Assembly (NCBI GenBank): GCA_964507055.1
Contig: CAZDOJ010000001.1
Span: 1,254,758 to 1,318,757 of the forward strand
Direction: 5' to 3'
DNA: 64,000 bases
Source: an uncultured Gammaproteobacteria bacterium
GTDB taxonomy: Bacteria; Patescibacteriota; Microgenomatia; Levybacterales; UBA12049
Below are positions 21,075 to 31,285 of the stretch, one piece after another. The notes beneath the pieces were generated by a model, which saw only the letters and a program-made list of their open reading frames with translations, was not told the DNA's origin and did no database searches. Position numbers and translations under genes: made by a program. The stretch's first letter is position 1. Each line of letters opens with the position of its first letter.

Positions 21075-22553
21075 TTATTGTCCTATCTTTAATAGCGTAT
21101 CTTTATGTTTCATGACGTTCTCATTGAATACTTTAATATCATTAGTATTTTTGATTTCGAAAATTAACTTCTGTCCACCGTAATGGGGGAAAGTATATGT
21201 TTTAATTAATCCATTCTTAACTTTTTCCAAAACCTCTTTATCTGGAATGAGATCCTGCAAGATCATTGAAAGAAGTATTAATTGCACTGCAAAGGGTACA
21301 GTAATGTGATATGACTGATTGAATAACTTGTAGATCATCTCACCCAAACGTAAATCTCTTTTAACATCATCAGTTAATTCTTGACCAAAATGAGAAAGAT
21401 TTACCATCTTGTCATAGTTGGTCAGAAACGCTGTGAGACTTTTATTTACTTCACGAGAGAGTTTATCCATCGCTTGACGCCCAACACGAGTAACGGAAAG
21501 AGGGATGTTTACAGCAGGACGCATACCTTGGTAGTAGATATTACTATCCAAATAAATGTGTCCATCCGTGATACCCATGACATTGGTTGATACGTATCCC
21601 GTCAAATCTCCTTCGACAATTTCGATAACAGGAAGGCATGAAATAGAAACTTCTTTTACCATCGGATCTGGGTGTTTGAAATTGCCAGCACGTTCGAGAA
21701 GTTTTGAATGCACATAAAAGATATCACCTGGATACGAATCACGACCCGGGAATCTTCGTGCAAGAAGTGATAGTTCTCGATAGAACTTCGCGTGTGTTGA
21801 AAGGTCATCGAGAATCAATAATGTATGCTGACCCTTGTCCCGGAAATATTCTGCAATTGCCATTGCAGCATAAGGGGTTTGGTAAATAAGACTAGGGGAA
21901 TCGTATGAAGATGTCGCAACGATAATTACTTTATCAGCAATTTTTTGTTGCTCAAAAAATGCTTGCAGTCTTTTGATTTCACTTTTTTTCTTTGCGATTG
22001 CGGCGTAAATTGCGATAACTCCTTCATCAATTTGTTTGCGAATAGTTGTCATAAGGATTGCAGTTTTACCTGTTTTACGATCACCAATAATAAGTTCTCG
22101 TTGTCCTCGTCCTAATGGAATGAGAAGATCAATCAATGTAATTCCTGTAGCAAGGGGAGTTGCGATCTTTTGACGTCCTGAAATACCAATAGGCTTTGCA
22201 TCAAGGTCTCGAAACTCTTTAGGAGGAGTATATGGGACAGATGGGTCAAGCTGTTCGCCCAAGGGATTAATTGTATGTCCGAGTAATTCTGGGCCTACAC
22301 CGATACTCAATAATGTATCTGTTCTGACAACTTTTGTTCCAACGCGTATCGGTTCATGCGAGAATATACGTACTTCAATCTTTCCTCGATTGATAGTAAA
22401 GACTTCGCCTTTTTGTCCTGTTTCAAACATCACAACTTCATGGGTTTTTACTTTTGGTAAACCTTCTATAAAAACAATAGGGTGGCTTACTTGATAGACT
22501 ACACCGTATTCACCGGTTTTCTGCATGATGTCATTGAATTGATTGTCGTTCAT
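21075..22553 (-). CDS. atpA: F0F1 ATP synthase subunit alpha
   Basis: GDRKTGKTAI P-loop (consensus GDRQTGKT). ...ILDDLS.HA.AYRE.SLLARRFPGR... motifs. Confidence 0.9.
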   Translation of the reverse strand: MNDNQFNDIMQKTGEYGVVYQVSHPIVFIEGLPKVKTHEVVMFETGQKGEVFTINRGKIEVRIFSHEPIRVGTKVVRTDTLLSIGVGPELLGHTINPLGEQLDPSVPYTPPKEFRDLDAKPIGISGRQKIATPLATGITLIDLLIPLGRGQRELIIGDRKTGKTAILMTTIRKQIDEGVIAIYAAIAKKKSEIKRLQAFFEQQKIADKVIIVATSSYDSPSLIYQTPYAAMAIAEYFRDKGQHTLLILDDLSTHAKFYRELSLLARRFPGRDSYPGDIFYVHSKLLERAGNFKHPDPMVKEVSISCLPVIEIVEGDLTGYVSTNVMGITDGHIYLDSNIYYQGMRPAVNIPLSVTRVGRQAMDKLSREVNKSLTAFLTNYDKMVNLSHFGQELTDDVKRDLRLGEMIYKLFNQSYHITVPFAVQLILLSMILQDLIPDKEVLEKVKNGLIKTYTFPHYGGQKLIFEIKNTNDIKVFNENVMKHKDTLLKIGQ

Positions 22554-22555
22554 AA

Positions 22556-23080
22556 TTAGTTATGTGCAGCTGTTTGTTGCTTTGAATCTTCCTTGTGAGG
22601 TGCTTCATCTGTTGAAGGTTTCATTAATTGCTTCATTGATTCATCGAAACGTGGCTTGATAGATCCATCAACAAATTTTCCTTTATATTGTAATTTCGCT
22701 CCAGCAATAATATTTTTATCCACGACGATTTCAAAAATCATTTGTTTTTTTATATTCATAACAAACCATTCAGAAAGTGCTTGTAATGTTTTTTCCTTTG
22801 GTTCAACTGCAATAGTCATACTCAGAACGGGGAGAGCGTTCACTGCTGCTTGCAATTTTGTGAGGAATGCTTTCAGTGCTGTCGCTGATTCTGGATTTAT
22901 TTTGTTGTCTCGGAGAAGCGTCATGAACTTATCCTTTTTCTGAATACCAAATTCATCGAGGAGGCTACTTTCTAAATGAAAATTCGTTTCATATATTTTT
23001 GAAGATATTGTTCCAATTCGTGCGTTGAAGTCCATTGCCTGAGCTTTTGTTTTAAAAAAAGGTGTTAAATCAAGTTCCAT
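22556..23080 (-). CDS. atpH: F0F1 ATP synthase subunit delta (OSCP)
   Basis: 174 aa, sits between b and alpha. Helical N-domain and C-terminal ...AGAKLQYKGKFVDGSIK... Confidence 0.65.
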   Translation of the reverse strand: MELDLTPFFKTKAQAMDFNARIGTISSKIYETNFHLESSLLDEFGIQKKDKFMTLLRDNKINPESATALKAFLTKLQAAVNALPVLSMTIAVEPKEKTLQALSEWFVMNIKKQMIFEIVVDKNIIAGAKLQYKGKFVDGSIKPRFDESMKQLMKPSTDEAPHKEDSKQQTAAHN

Positions 23081-23715
23081 TACTCAAATAGTCCTTCCTG
23101 TTTGGCTTTATCGAGCGATTCGATGATTAGCTTTTGGTGATCTTCAGCGGAGATTGATTTATGAAGAACATCCTGTGTCACCTTTAATGTCATACTTTTG
23201 ATGTTTTGTTCTGTTTGCTTCATGCGTGCTTGTTTGTATTCGAGTAATTCTCGTTCGAGAGCTGGGAGCATGTCGTTTTGGAAATGCAGTGCTTGCTTAT
23301 GCAAACCTTCTTGCATTTCTTTTGAAATTGCTTTGAAGTCCTGCAATGATTGATCAGTGAGTTTCTTCAATTCATGCTGATAACTATCTCTGAAATTCTG
23401 TGAGGCATTGGATGTCTCTTTCTCAATATCTGTTTGCATCTGATGGAGTGCTGTATCAACTGATTCTTTTGATGCTTCGCTGACGAATTCGGTTTGGGCA
23501 ATAATCTGATTTGCTTCAGTTGTCGCATCATCAAGGATTTTACGCTCTTTACTTAATGCGTCATCGACGACTTTGTGATATTCCGTATCAGTTTTTTTTT
23601 CTCGCTTTTCTAAATCCTTTTCTTTGGAGTAAAGACGCATCATGTAATAACCGACGAAGAGGAAGAGGACCAGATCGGCCGTAATGGACATCGCTTGGTA
23701 AAATGTGGGCAGCAT
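23080..23715 (-). CDS. atpF: F0F1 ATP synthase subunit b
   Basis: N-terminal TM helix followed by a long charged coiled coil. Its position upstream of delta fits. Confidence 0.65.
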   Translation of the reverse strand: MLPTFYQAMSITADLVLFLFVGYYMMRLYSKEKDLEKREKKTDTEYHKVVDDALSKERKILDDATTEANQIIAQTEFVSEASKESVDTALHQMQTDIEKETSNASQNFRDSYQHELKKLTDQSLQDFKAISKEMQEGLHKQALHFQNDMLPALERELLEYKQARMKQTEQNIKSMTLKVTQDVLHKSISAEDHQKLIIESLDKAKQEGLFE

Positions 23716-23759
23716 AATATATCTATTTTAGCAGAAAACAAGATACTTTGAAGCTTGGG

Positions 23760-24563
23760 TTAGAGGCGGAGGATAAGAAAAGAAACAGTCATTCCAGCGG
23801 CAACGATGATTACCACAATGCCTACATTAAACATAATTCCAAGATGGATAATCCGGCTTGCTGATGGATTACGGCCCAAAGCCTCAACACCTTTTGCAGC
23901 GGTTCGTCCAAAGGTCATAAATGCTAGAACAAATGAGGCAATAACCACAAGTGCCGCAACTATGTATTTAAAAAGAGGAGTAGGACCATCTTTGGTTGGG
24001 AGCAATGCAAACTTGAAAATATCGGTTAGTGAACCTGGAAAAGTAGGTTTGGCATTAAAATAATGGAGGTTAAATTCAACTGCAATCAATCCTGGTTGCG
24101 TTGGGTTGGAACTTCCATAATCTTCAAGTGCAGTCCCGAGTACATATCCATCTTTTACTGCCTTTACTCCGACTCCTGGTATTTCTGATGTAGCGATCAA
24201 GTCGCCCTTTTTAATCGGGCCTTCTTTACTTGCGACCAATACATAGACAGTTCCCACGGAAATGACTGGGACACCGTTTTCTGTAGCACTATTATTTAAG
24301 ATAATTCCGGCATCACGTGAGACAACTCCCATGACCTGTGCATCATAGGGGATATTGGAAAGAACATTTCCGGTGTCAGAGGAAGAGATAATGCTTCCAT
24401 CTTTGACATCTTTAACTTTTACATCAACCATTCGAGCGACTCCAAGCGTTCCAGCACCTTGGACTGCAGATCCTTGAGCGTTAACAGTGGGTGCAATCGT
24501 AAGTAGCAAAGTACCGATTATAGGAAGTATGAGGAATTTGGATTTTAGCGAGGCAGAAAACAT
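23760..24563 (-). CDS. Hypothetical secreted or membrane protein. It has a signal peptide, a soluble domain of about 170 aa and a C-terminal 2-TM hairpin. It sits where atpB/atpE would be expected.
   Basis: MFSASLKSKFLILPIIGTLLLTIAPTVNAQG is a signal peptide. The C-terminus ...FGRTAAKGVEALGRNPSASRIIHLGIMFNVGIVVIIVAAGMTVSFLIL has a loop that resembles the c-subunit 'ARQP' loop, but it has no conserved carboxylate in helix 2. Confidence 0.5.
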   Translation of the reverse strand: MFSASLKSKFLILPIIGTLLLTIAPTVNAQGSAVQGAGTLGVARMVDVKVKDVKDGSIISSSDTGNVLSNIPYDAQVMGVVSRDAGIILNNSATENGVPVISVGTVYVLVASKEGPIKKGDLIATSEIPGVGVKAVKDGYVLGTALEDYGSSNPTQPGLIAVEFNLHYFNAKPTFPGSLTDIFKFALLPTKDGPTPLFKYIVAALVVIASFVLAFMTFGRTAAKGVEALGRNPSASRIIHLGIMFNVGIVVIIVAAGMTVSFLILRL

Positions 24564-24599
24564 ATACTAGTATCGTACCATATTGAGAAGGTTTTTAAC

Positions 24600-25373
24600 T
24601 TATTTTGGTTGGAAGTTTGTGAATTCTTGAGCACAGTTGTTCCCAACGCAGGAGACACAACTATAGGTGAAGTTTCCGACAATTGCTTGATGGTGAATAG
24701 GATCATTGATCCACCAATTAAATGCGGCTTCTTCCGAACCCATTGAGATAATATTCTCTGTATTCCAGTATGGAAGTGCTCGAGCAGCGAGTCCAGAATG
24801 AAGTGCTCCCGATGCAACTTCTCCAGCAATTTCTGGTGCACGGGAAGCGGCCAAACTACAAACCTGGTCATTTTTCTGCAATGCAGGTAATCCTCTCGCA
24901 GCACGATAATCATTTGACATTGAGAATAATTTATCTGCATCCAATCCACCAGGATTTGCTGTTGATTGCGGTGCCGCTGGCGGAGGTGTTAATGGTGCAG
25001 ATGTTGGGGTAGGCGTATCTTTTTTGGTGGGGAGAGGGGTTGGGGTTGGTGAAGCTTTTTTTGTAGTTGTCGGGGCTGTTGACGGAGTACCTGATAGAAG
25101 TGTCTTCGGCTCGACAAGATGAGATATATAAATAGTAGGCGTCGGGTCAGCAAATGGGGTAGGAGTGATTGTAATTTGGGTATGTGCTGCGAGAACCTGA
25201 GGCGTATCTTTTGCCTTTGAAGCTACAGGGCTAATCGGTTCTGTAGGTCCTTGTGCGTGTGCCACTGTGTGGAAGACCACGGTAAAGAAGCAAAACGCAT
25301 ATACTGAGAGCAGCGTATATCCTGCTATTTTTCTCCGCATTTCTTCATGGTAGCATGGAATCGTAAAATACAA
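24600..25373 (-). CDS. Secreted CAP/SCP/PR-1 domain protein with a Pro/Thr-rich linker
   Basis: N-terminal TM/signal ending ...FHTVAHAQ. PT-rich linker. C-terminal ...NDYRAARGLPAL...HHQAIVGNFTYSCVSCVGN... is a CAP-domain signature. Confidence 0.6.
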   Translation of the reverse strand: MYFTIPCYHEEMRRKIAGYTLLSVYAFCFFTVVFHTVAHAQGPTEPISPVASKAKDTPQVLAAHTQITITPTPFADPTPTIYISHLVEPKTLLSGTPSTAPTTTKKASPTPTPLPTKKDTPTPTSAPLTPPPAAPQSTANPGGLDADKLFSMSNDYRAARGLPALQKNDQVCSLAASRAPEIAGEVASGALHSGLAARALPYWNTENIISMGSEEAAFNWWINDPIHHQAIVGNFTYSCVSCVGNNCAQEFTNFQPK

Positions 25374-25433
25374 AATGGTTATAGTAATTCTATTACATTC
25401 TGAAGCTGTGAAAAGTAGAGTTTAGAGTATTTT

Positions 25434-26735
25434 TCACTGTTCCGCTGCAGTCTTGGTTAAGGTTTGGAGGACAAGATCTGGGACGTATAAGAATTCATCT
25501 TTGGCATAGCCATTACGAAGAAGTGCATCATGAACATTTTTAGAAAGCACAACGGGGTAGTAGTCATCGATTTTTCGTGAGAGTGTTTGTTGTTCTGTTT
25601 GGTCTTCGAAGATATCATAACCAATGGTAAGGGTACCTTTTTTACCTACTGAAGGCTTGTAGCCAAGTTCTTTGAGTCTATTGTAGAATCGTTCTTTGTA
25701 CTCAACGATGCCGTCTTTTGTGGCTCTAAAGACTATCTTTCTTCCATTAGCAATCTTTAAGACCTTTCTTAAAACAATATCTGATGGATCAAGTAGGGTG
25801 ACATTTTGATATTTATTTGCGATAGAAGTGAGGGAGATAACATCTTCACTTTTTGGGACAACACGATGTTGATCTTCTGATTGGACAAAGCTTTTATGGA
25901 ATCTATCGCCAATGATAATAATGCGTTTATTGTCCCAACCCTCTTCTTTTTCAATAACACGAATATTCTGGCAGAGAATATCAAGTTTATGAGGAGAAAC
26001 ATCATACGCTTTTTCTCCTGGTAAAAAGATCTGGTCATCTTTCACAGGGAAGAACACATATTCTCCTGCAGTTATTCCACTTGAACGGGTCAAAGTTTGC
26101 TTCAAATCGTCGTACATGCCATCTGTATTGTAGAGGCTCCAGAATCGTGTGTAGTACGGTTTTGTCTCTGCAAGAGTGACTGTTTCGTCAGGATAATGGT
26201 TTAAGACAAATTGTGTACCGATGAAATCTCCTTTGCCAACGAAAAGGATGGAATGTCCTTCTCTCATTTTAAAATTCGCTGTTCCATTGGTGATTTTTTC
26301 TTGCAAAATCTTCTTTGCCGCGTATACAACATCGAGCCATGTTCGACGGTCAATTGCATCGATTAATTTCTTGATTCCGAAGACACCAAAAGAGTAGAGA
26401 ATGATATTCGGAATGTGGTAAATAACATTTGGTTTACGAACTGGTTCACCAATTAGATCCCACAGATAATCCACTCCGGTCAAGATGGGAGGAGGGAAAT
26501 TAGTCCAGCTTGGTAATCCTGATGCGAATTGTGCGAATTCTTTTGGAAAAGCCATGAAGAGGAATCCAAAAGCTAAAGACGAAGGCACAGCGATACGTTT
26601 GAGGAATTTGGTGGTGCGGTTTTCTTTCGTTACCTTTTCGAAATCAAGAAGATAGTTGACCTCATCTGCAGTTAATGACTGATCTTTAATGATCTTTTGT
26701 GCTGTCTCAACAAGCTTTTTCTTCTGATAGTACAT
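25434..26735 (-). CDS. Hypothetical membrane-associated protein, 433 aa
   Basis: Long ORF with a hydrophobic N-terminal segment. I recognise no motif. It is transcribed divergently from the glycosyltransferase-like gene. Confidence 0.5.
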   Translation of the reverse strand: MYYQKKKLVETAQKIIKDQSLTADEVNYLLDFEKVTKENRTTKFLKRIAVPSSLAFGFLFMAFPKEFAQFASGLPSWTNFPPPILTGVDYLWDLIGEPVRKPNVIYHIPNIILYSFGVFGIKKLIDAIDRRTWLDVVYAAKKILQEKITNGTANFKMREGHSILFVGKGDFIGTQFVLNHYPDETVTLAETKPYYTRFWSLYNTDGMYDDLKQTLTRSSGITAGEYVFFPVKDDQIFLPGEKAYDVSPHKLDILCQNIRVIEKEEGWDNKRIIIIGDRFHKSFVQSEDQHRVVPKSEDVISLTSIANKYQNVTLLDPSDIVLRKVLKIANGRKIVFRATKDGIVEYKERFYNRLKELGYKPSVGKKGTLTIGYDIFEDQTEQQTLSRKIDDYYPVVLSKNVHDALLRNGYAKDEFLYVPDLVLQTLTKTAAEQ

Positions 26736-26797
26736 GTAGGAGTATTATAGATCAGCAGTGGAATGTTTTGAAGAGGAAGTTCTGCTACACTGGAGTT

Positions 26798-28138
26798 ATG
26801 GCTTCTCTGTCCGCTTTAACTGATCCGACATTGGCTATTATTTTTGAAGCTTCACCGCTTGGCTTGGGGCATCTGCGTGTCTCAGATGCTCTCTATCATG
26901 GGCTACCGAAGAATGCATCTCCGATTCTGCTTGGAGCTCAAGCTCCCAAATCCAGTGCAATATATCGTTTTGCAAGCATCCATCGAAGTACCCGAACAGT
27001 ACTCGAGATGATGCAATTGCCACCGTTAGACCAACCTGTAGCAGCCGTTATGAGAAGATTATTGCGGTTGCAATCAAAAGAAGTGTACCATCATGTCCGC
27101 ACAATCTTAAATGAACGATTTACTGTCCCGACAAAAGTCCTCATGGTTGCAACGCATGCAATTCATGCTCATCCGCTCGGTGCAATTAAGAAACAAATGA
27201 GCAGGGAATTGGGTATCCAAGCGTTTCTTGTTGTGCAGGTAACTGATGATAGTCCACAAGCAATCTGGTATGTCCCCGATGCGGATTGTATATTTGCCCC
27301 AAGTGAATATACGAAGAAAAAATTAGAAGAATATGCAGCCAAGGCACATTTGCCAAAGGTGCCAATTGTGGTTACGGCATATCCAATAAGTCCGTTACTA
27401 ACACAAGATCTAGCCGAACACGAAGTTACTGAACGTAAAGAACAACTGGAGCCTCATGCCACTGAAAAGGTTCATGTTTCAATTCCGATCTCTGGTGCGG
27501 CTGTCGGTACAGCTTACAATGCAGTGTTCATGCAAGCATTACGGAGTTTATCTGATCGATACCAATTCCATGTGGTTGTCCGAGAAGCGGAGTTTACACA
27601 ATCATTTCTCCAAACAATGAAAGATCTGCCGTATGTGCAGTTATCAGTTTCGACGCATGAACGAGCAACGATAGATAATTATGAAAAAGTTTATAAGCAA
27701 ACAACAATCGCTATTGAGCTTACAAAGCCAAGTGAGCAGACTTTTAAAGTACTCGCAAATCCAAAACAACGCGGTGGCGTCATTATGCTTTTTACCAAGC
27801 CAATTGGTGGGCAAGAGTATGACAATGTGCAATTCCTTCGTACGCATGGTCTGGTCCCATCTGAACACGAAACAGAAGTGATTTGGAAGAAAGCAAAACA
27901 TGCAGATCCGATTAGTGATGAGCTTTTGGCAAAAGCTCATGAGTGGAGAGGGATTATCTTGCCTGAAGAACCTCAAGCCGCTGCTCTTGTGACACAATGG
28001 TGTATGCAGGCTGGAATATTTAAAAAAATGCTGCAATACAAACTTGTAAGTGAACTCCCTGAATCACAATCAAATGGAGTAGAGCAGTTTTGGACTAAGG
28101 TAGTGGATCTCATCGAACAGCGTGTTGTTACAACCTAA
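26798..28138 (+). CDS. GT-B glycosyltransferase, MurG/MGDG-synthase/UgtP-like (putative glycolipid glycosyltransferase). An alternative start at 26699 would overlap the divergent neighbour.
   Basis: N-terminal ...AIIFEASPLGLGHLRVSDAL... (G-loop). C-terminal ...GGVIMLFTKPIGGQEYDNVQFL... resembles the GT28 C-terminal domain. Confidence 0.4.
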   Translation: MASLSALTDPTLAIIFEASPLGLGHLRVSDALYHGLPKNASPILLGAQAPKSSAIYRFASIHRSTRTVLEMMQLPPLDQPVAAVMRRLLRLQSKEVYHHVRTILNERFTVPTKVLMVATHAIHAHPLGAIKKQMSRELGIQAFLVVQVTDDSPQAIWYVPDADCIFAPSEYTKKKLEEYAAKAHLPKVPIVVTAYPISPLLTQDLAEHEVTERKEQLEPHATEKVHVSIPISGAAVGTAYNAVFMQALRSLSDRYQFHVVVREAEFTQSFLQTMKDLPYVQLSVSTHERATIDNYEKVYKQTTIAIELTKPSEQTFKVLANPKQRGGVIMLFTKPIGGQEYDNVQFLRTHGLVPSEHETEVIWKKAKHADPISDELLAKAHEWRGIILPEEPQAAALVTQWCMQAGIFKKMLQYKLVSELPESQSNGVEQFWTKVVDLIEQRVVTT

Positions 28139-28353
28139 TTTTATTGAAATTTTTACATCCTTCTTACGCTTCATATCATTTACTTCTTACATCAACACTT
28201 TATAGTAGTAGATAGATAAGTTCAGGTATCATAAGTTACTCAGACTGACAAAACCCGCCGCTACTCGAAGGCAGTAAGAATAGCAATGGCGGGCCTTGTC
28301 GCATTTGGACCTTTAGCATATCTGTATTTATGGTAAAATAGCGTTCAAGCACC

Positions 28354-29817
28354 ATGAGACAATTGCTTCGCTATCTCAATCCAATCCAACGATTGGGGTA
28401 TACAAAATATTCATTTTGGTTTCCACTGATTTTTTCAATAATCATTTCTTGTGCCTCTGAATTTTACGCTTACGCAATCATCCATAATCCTCTTGCTGTT
28501 GGTTCATATATCATTTTTATCCACGTTGCACTTGTCATTTATTTTTCCTTTCGTGATGGTGTAAAGGGTGGAGCAATAACTACAATTGTTTCAATTGCAT
28601 ATTATGTGTATATTATTTTTTCTCGAAATTATTCCGGTGATCAATTGGCACGAAGTATTGATGCTGTCATTATTTTAGGCATATTGTTTTTCCTCCTGGC
28701 AGGGGTTATCGGATGGCTAAAGCAAACTATCGATGGGCTGATCGAACGAGAGAAAGATGAAAGAAGACGATTGCAAGCAATTATTTCGCAACTTCCAGTG
28801 GGTGTTGTCATTACTGATAAAGAAGGGCGAGTGCAGGAAACGAATAAGAAATTCGAGCAGATACTTGGAACGAAGATCCCATTAGGTTTTTTTGTGGGAG
28901 GTAAACCTCTTTTAACAACTGCTCAAAATGGTAAGCCAATTATTATTTCTCAAGGTCCATTGGCGACAACTTTGGCAAGCGGCAAACCAGTCATAGGAAA
29001 AGAATATGAAATTACTAAAAAAGATGGAAAACATGTATACGTCCAGTCAAGTGCTGCAGCAATTCACAATAAAGCAGGGAAGATTATCGCGGCTGCATTA
29101 ATTGCCAATGACGTAACACAACAAAAAGAAATGGAGCAACGTAAAGATGATTTCGTTAACATGGCTTCTCATGAACTAAAAACACCGATAACAAGTATGA
29201 AACTTTATACAGAAGCATTGATCAAAAGACTTAATACAAAAGACGAATCAGTCAAGAAAATCCTCCAAAGAATTCAATATCAGACGGAAAATTTGCAAGA
29301 GCTTATCAGTGATTTATTGGATGTATCTCGTATCCAAACAGGGAAGCTCTCCTTTAATAAAGAAGATTTTGTCCTTAATGAACTTGTTGAAGAAACAGTC
29401 CAAGCATTGCAAGAATCTACAAGTGATCACAGCATTTCGATCAAAGCGAAAAGAAAAGTTATGGTTCATGCTGATAGATTTCGATTGTATCAAGTGCTCA
29501 CAAATTTATTAACAAATGCTATTAAATATTCACCTCAAGGGGGAGATATCAAAGTAGTGGTCACAATAATTGAGCGAAAAGCGGTCGTCAGTGTCCAGGA
29601 TTATGGTATTGGTATACCGAAAGACCAGTATCGAAAAATATTTGAGCGTTTATATCAAGTCACTGGCCAGAAGGAAAAAACTTTTCCAGGATTGGGGATG
29701 GGTTTATATATCTCGAAAGAAATTATCAGAAGGCATAGAGGAAATATCTGGGTAGAGAGTCAGAAGGGGAAAGGCACGACATTTTATTTTGCAATTCCTC
29801 TGAAGCAAGAAAAGTAG
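28354..29817 (+). CDS. Sensor histidine kinase with multi-TM N-terminus, PAS-like region, HisKA and HATPase_c domains. No response regulator lies next to it.
   Basis: H-box ...MASHELKTPITS... G1 ...DYGIGIP... G2 ...GLGMGLYISKEII... Confidence 0.85.
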   Translation: MRQLLRYLNPIQRLGYTKYSFWFPLIFSIIISCASEFYAYAIIHNPLAVGSYIIFIHVALVIYFSFRDGVKGGAITTIVSIAYYVYIIFSRNYSGDQLARSIDAVIILGILFFLLAGVIGWLKQTIDGLIEREKDERRRLQAIISQLPVGVVITDKEGRVQETNKKFEQILGTKIPLGFFVGGKPLLTTAQNGKPIIISQGPLATTLASGKPVIGKEYEITKKDGKHVYVQSSAAAIHNKAGKIIAAALIANDVTQQKEMEQRKDDFVNMASHELKTPITSMKLYTEALIKRLNTKDESVKKILQRIQYQTENLQELISDLLDVSRIQTGKLSFNKEDFVLNELVEETVQALQESTSDHSISIKAKRKVMVHADRFRLYQVLTNLLTNAIKYSPQGGDIKVVVTIIERKAVVSVQDYGIGIPKDQYRKIFERLYQVTGQKEKTFPGLGMGLYISKEIIRRHRGNIWVESQKGKGTTFYFAIPLKQEK

Positions 29818-29838
29818 AAATTTGGTACTATAAAAGAG

Positions 29839-30057
29839 ATGGCAAAAGAGTATAAAGTTGAAGTAGTTGAAGAGGGCATCATAGGTTCTATATTACTTGG
29901 TGCTAGTGGATTACCAACTGAACGAATGGAGGAGCTTATGAATCATAATGCACACAATGGATGGGAAATGCATTTTATGGTTGTTGAAAAACGAAGACTT
30001 TTCCTTTTCTGGACGAGAGAATCCGTTATTATTACCTTCGTTCGTGACAAAAAATAA
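29839..30057 (+). CDS. Small hypothetical protein, DUF4177-like
   Basis: 72 aa. The MAKEYKVEVV... opening resembles DUF4177 family proteins. Confidence 0.35.
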   Translation: MAKEYKVEVVEEGIIGSILLGASGLPTERMEELMNHNAHNGWEMHFMVVEKRRLFLFWTRESVIITFVRDKK

Positions 30058-30082
30058 TTGTATAGATTGTGTAAGAATCCTT

Positions 30083-30113
30083 GATTAAAAAAACTCCATA
30101 TTGTATAAATATA
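30083..30113 (+). promoter_or_regulatory. Candidate sigma70-type promoter for the sugar dehydrogenase gene
   Basis: TTGATT, then a 17-nt spacer, then TATAAA, about 10 nt upstream of the ATG at 30123. Confidence 0.3.
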
Positions 30114-30122
30114 TAACTCCTG

Positions 30123-31271
30123 ATGAAACGACTCGCAGTCATATTGAGTGCACTTCTCATTTTCATGGTGACTACATATGTTTGGTCACAGCGAAACAAT
30201 TCACAAAATCCTCCTGTCCCAACAAATTCTATTAGTAATACCGCCACAACACAGCCACAGAATAAAAATGATATTCCATCAGAAACAATAATTGCTGAGA
30301 ATCTTGATACGCCATGGGCGATCGCAATTTTGCCTGATAGTAAACTCCTGGTAACTGAACGATTTGGCCGTGTGACTATAATTGATCCTACAGGAGCCAC
30401 ATCACCAATAGTGGCAGCGACGCTTGCAAAGGTAAAAGAGATAGGTGAAGGTGGACTTTTGGGAATAGCACTTGATCCTCAATTCGCTTCCAACAAATAT
30501 GTCTATCTCTATTACACGTACAGTGCTATTGGTACAGATACCATGAATAGAGTTGTACGAATGACAATGAATGGTAATGCTCTTCAGGATGAAAAGACAA
30601 TTGTAGATCGCATTCCTGGAGCATCAAATCATGATGGTGGAAGAATTAAATTCGGTCCTGACAACTATTTGTATATAGGTACTGGAGACGCACAGAATCC
30701 TACACAAGCACAGGTAACTTCCACATTGGGTGGTAAGATCCTTCGAGTTACAACTGATGGGCAACCCGCTCCTGGAAACCCCTTTAATAATGATGTCTAT
30801 TCATATGGTCATAGAAATGTACAAGGGCTTACTTGGGATGACCAAGGTGGATTATGGTCAACCGAACATGGAAGATCCGGTGTAGCGTCTGGGTTGGATG
30901 AATTAAATTATATTCAGTCAGGAAAGAATTATGGGTGGCCGGATATTGAAGGTACAGAGACTCGTTCTGGGATGGTTGCACCTGCTTATAATTCAGGAGC
31001 GAATGATACATGGGCTCCATCAGGTGCAGCATATGTGAATGGATCTGTGTACTTTAGTGGGCTACGCGGACGGAATTTGTATCAAGCAGTCGTTTCAAAT
31101 GGTCAGGTAACTGAATTCAAAGAACATTTAGAAGGCAAATACGGAAGGATACGAGAAGTCGTGGCCGCATCTGATGGACTTTTATACATAACTACAAGTA
31201 ATAAAGACGGTCGGGGTGTCCCTCAGAGTGGGGATGATAAAATCATCCGAGTAAATCCTGACAAGCTTTAA
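30123..31271 (+). CDS. PQQ-dependent soluble sugar (glucose/sorbosone) dehydrogenase, YliI/GSDH family, secreted
   Basis: ...DTPWAIAILPDSKLLVTERFGRV..., ...HDGGRIKFGPDNYLYIGTGD..., ...GHRNVQGLTWD... Confidence 0.7.
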   Translation: MKRLAVILSALLIFMVTTYVWSQRNNSQNPPVPTNSISNTATTQPQNKNDIPSETIIAENLDTPWAIAILPDSKLLVTERFGRVTIIDPTGATSPIVAATLAKVKEIGEGGLLGIALDPQFASNKYVYLYYTYSAIGTDTMNRVVRMTMNGNALQDEKTIVDRIPGASNHDGGRIKFGPDNYLYIGTGDAQNPTQAQVTSTLGGKILRVTTDGQPAPGNPFNNDVYSYGHRNVQGLTWDDQGGLWSTEHGRSGVASGLDELNYIQSGKNYGWPDIEGTETRSGMVAPAYNSGANDTWAPSGAAYVNGSVYFSGLRGRNLYQAVVSNGQVTEFKEHLEGKYGRIREVVAASDGLLYITTSNKDGRGVPQSGDDKIIRVNPDKL

Positions 31272-31285
31272 GCATTGTATTCATC

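Noticed and set aside
24545-24949. A 134-aa minus-strand ORF overlapping the CAP-domain gene
   Set aside because: It is an out-of-frame overlap with a gene that has a clear signal peptide and a CAP signature. It is probably spurious.
28230-28310. An imperfect hairpin (CCCGCC...GGCGGG) between the GT-like gene and the sensor kinase. I considered a terminator or small-RNA origin.
   Set aside because: The stem is short with a loop of about 25 nt, and no U-tract follows. The evidence is too weak to call a terminator or an RNA gene.
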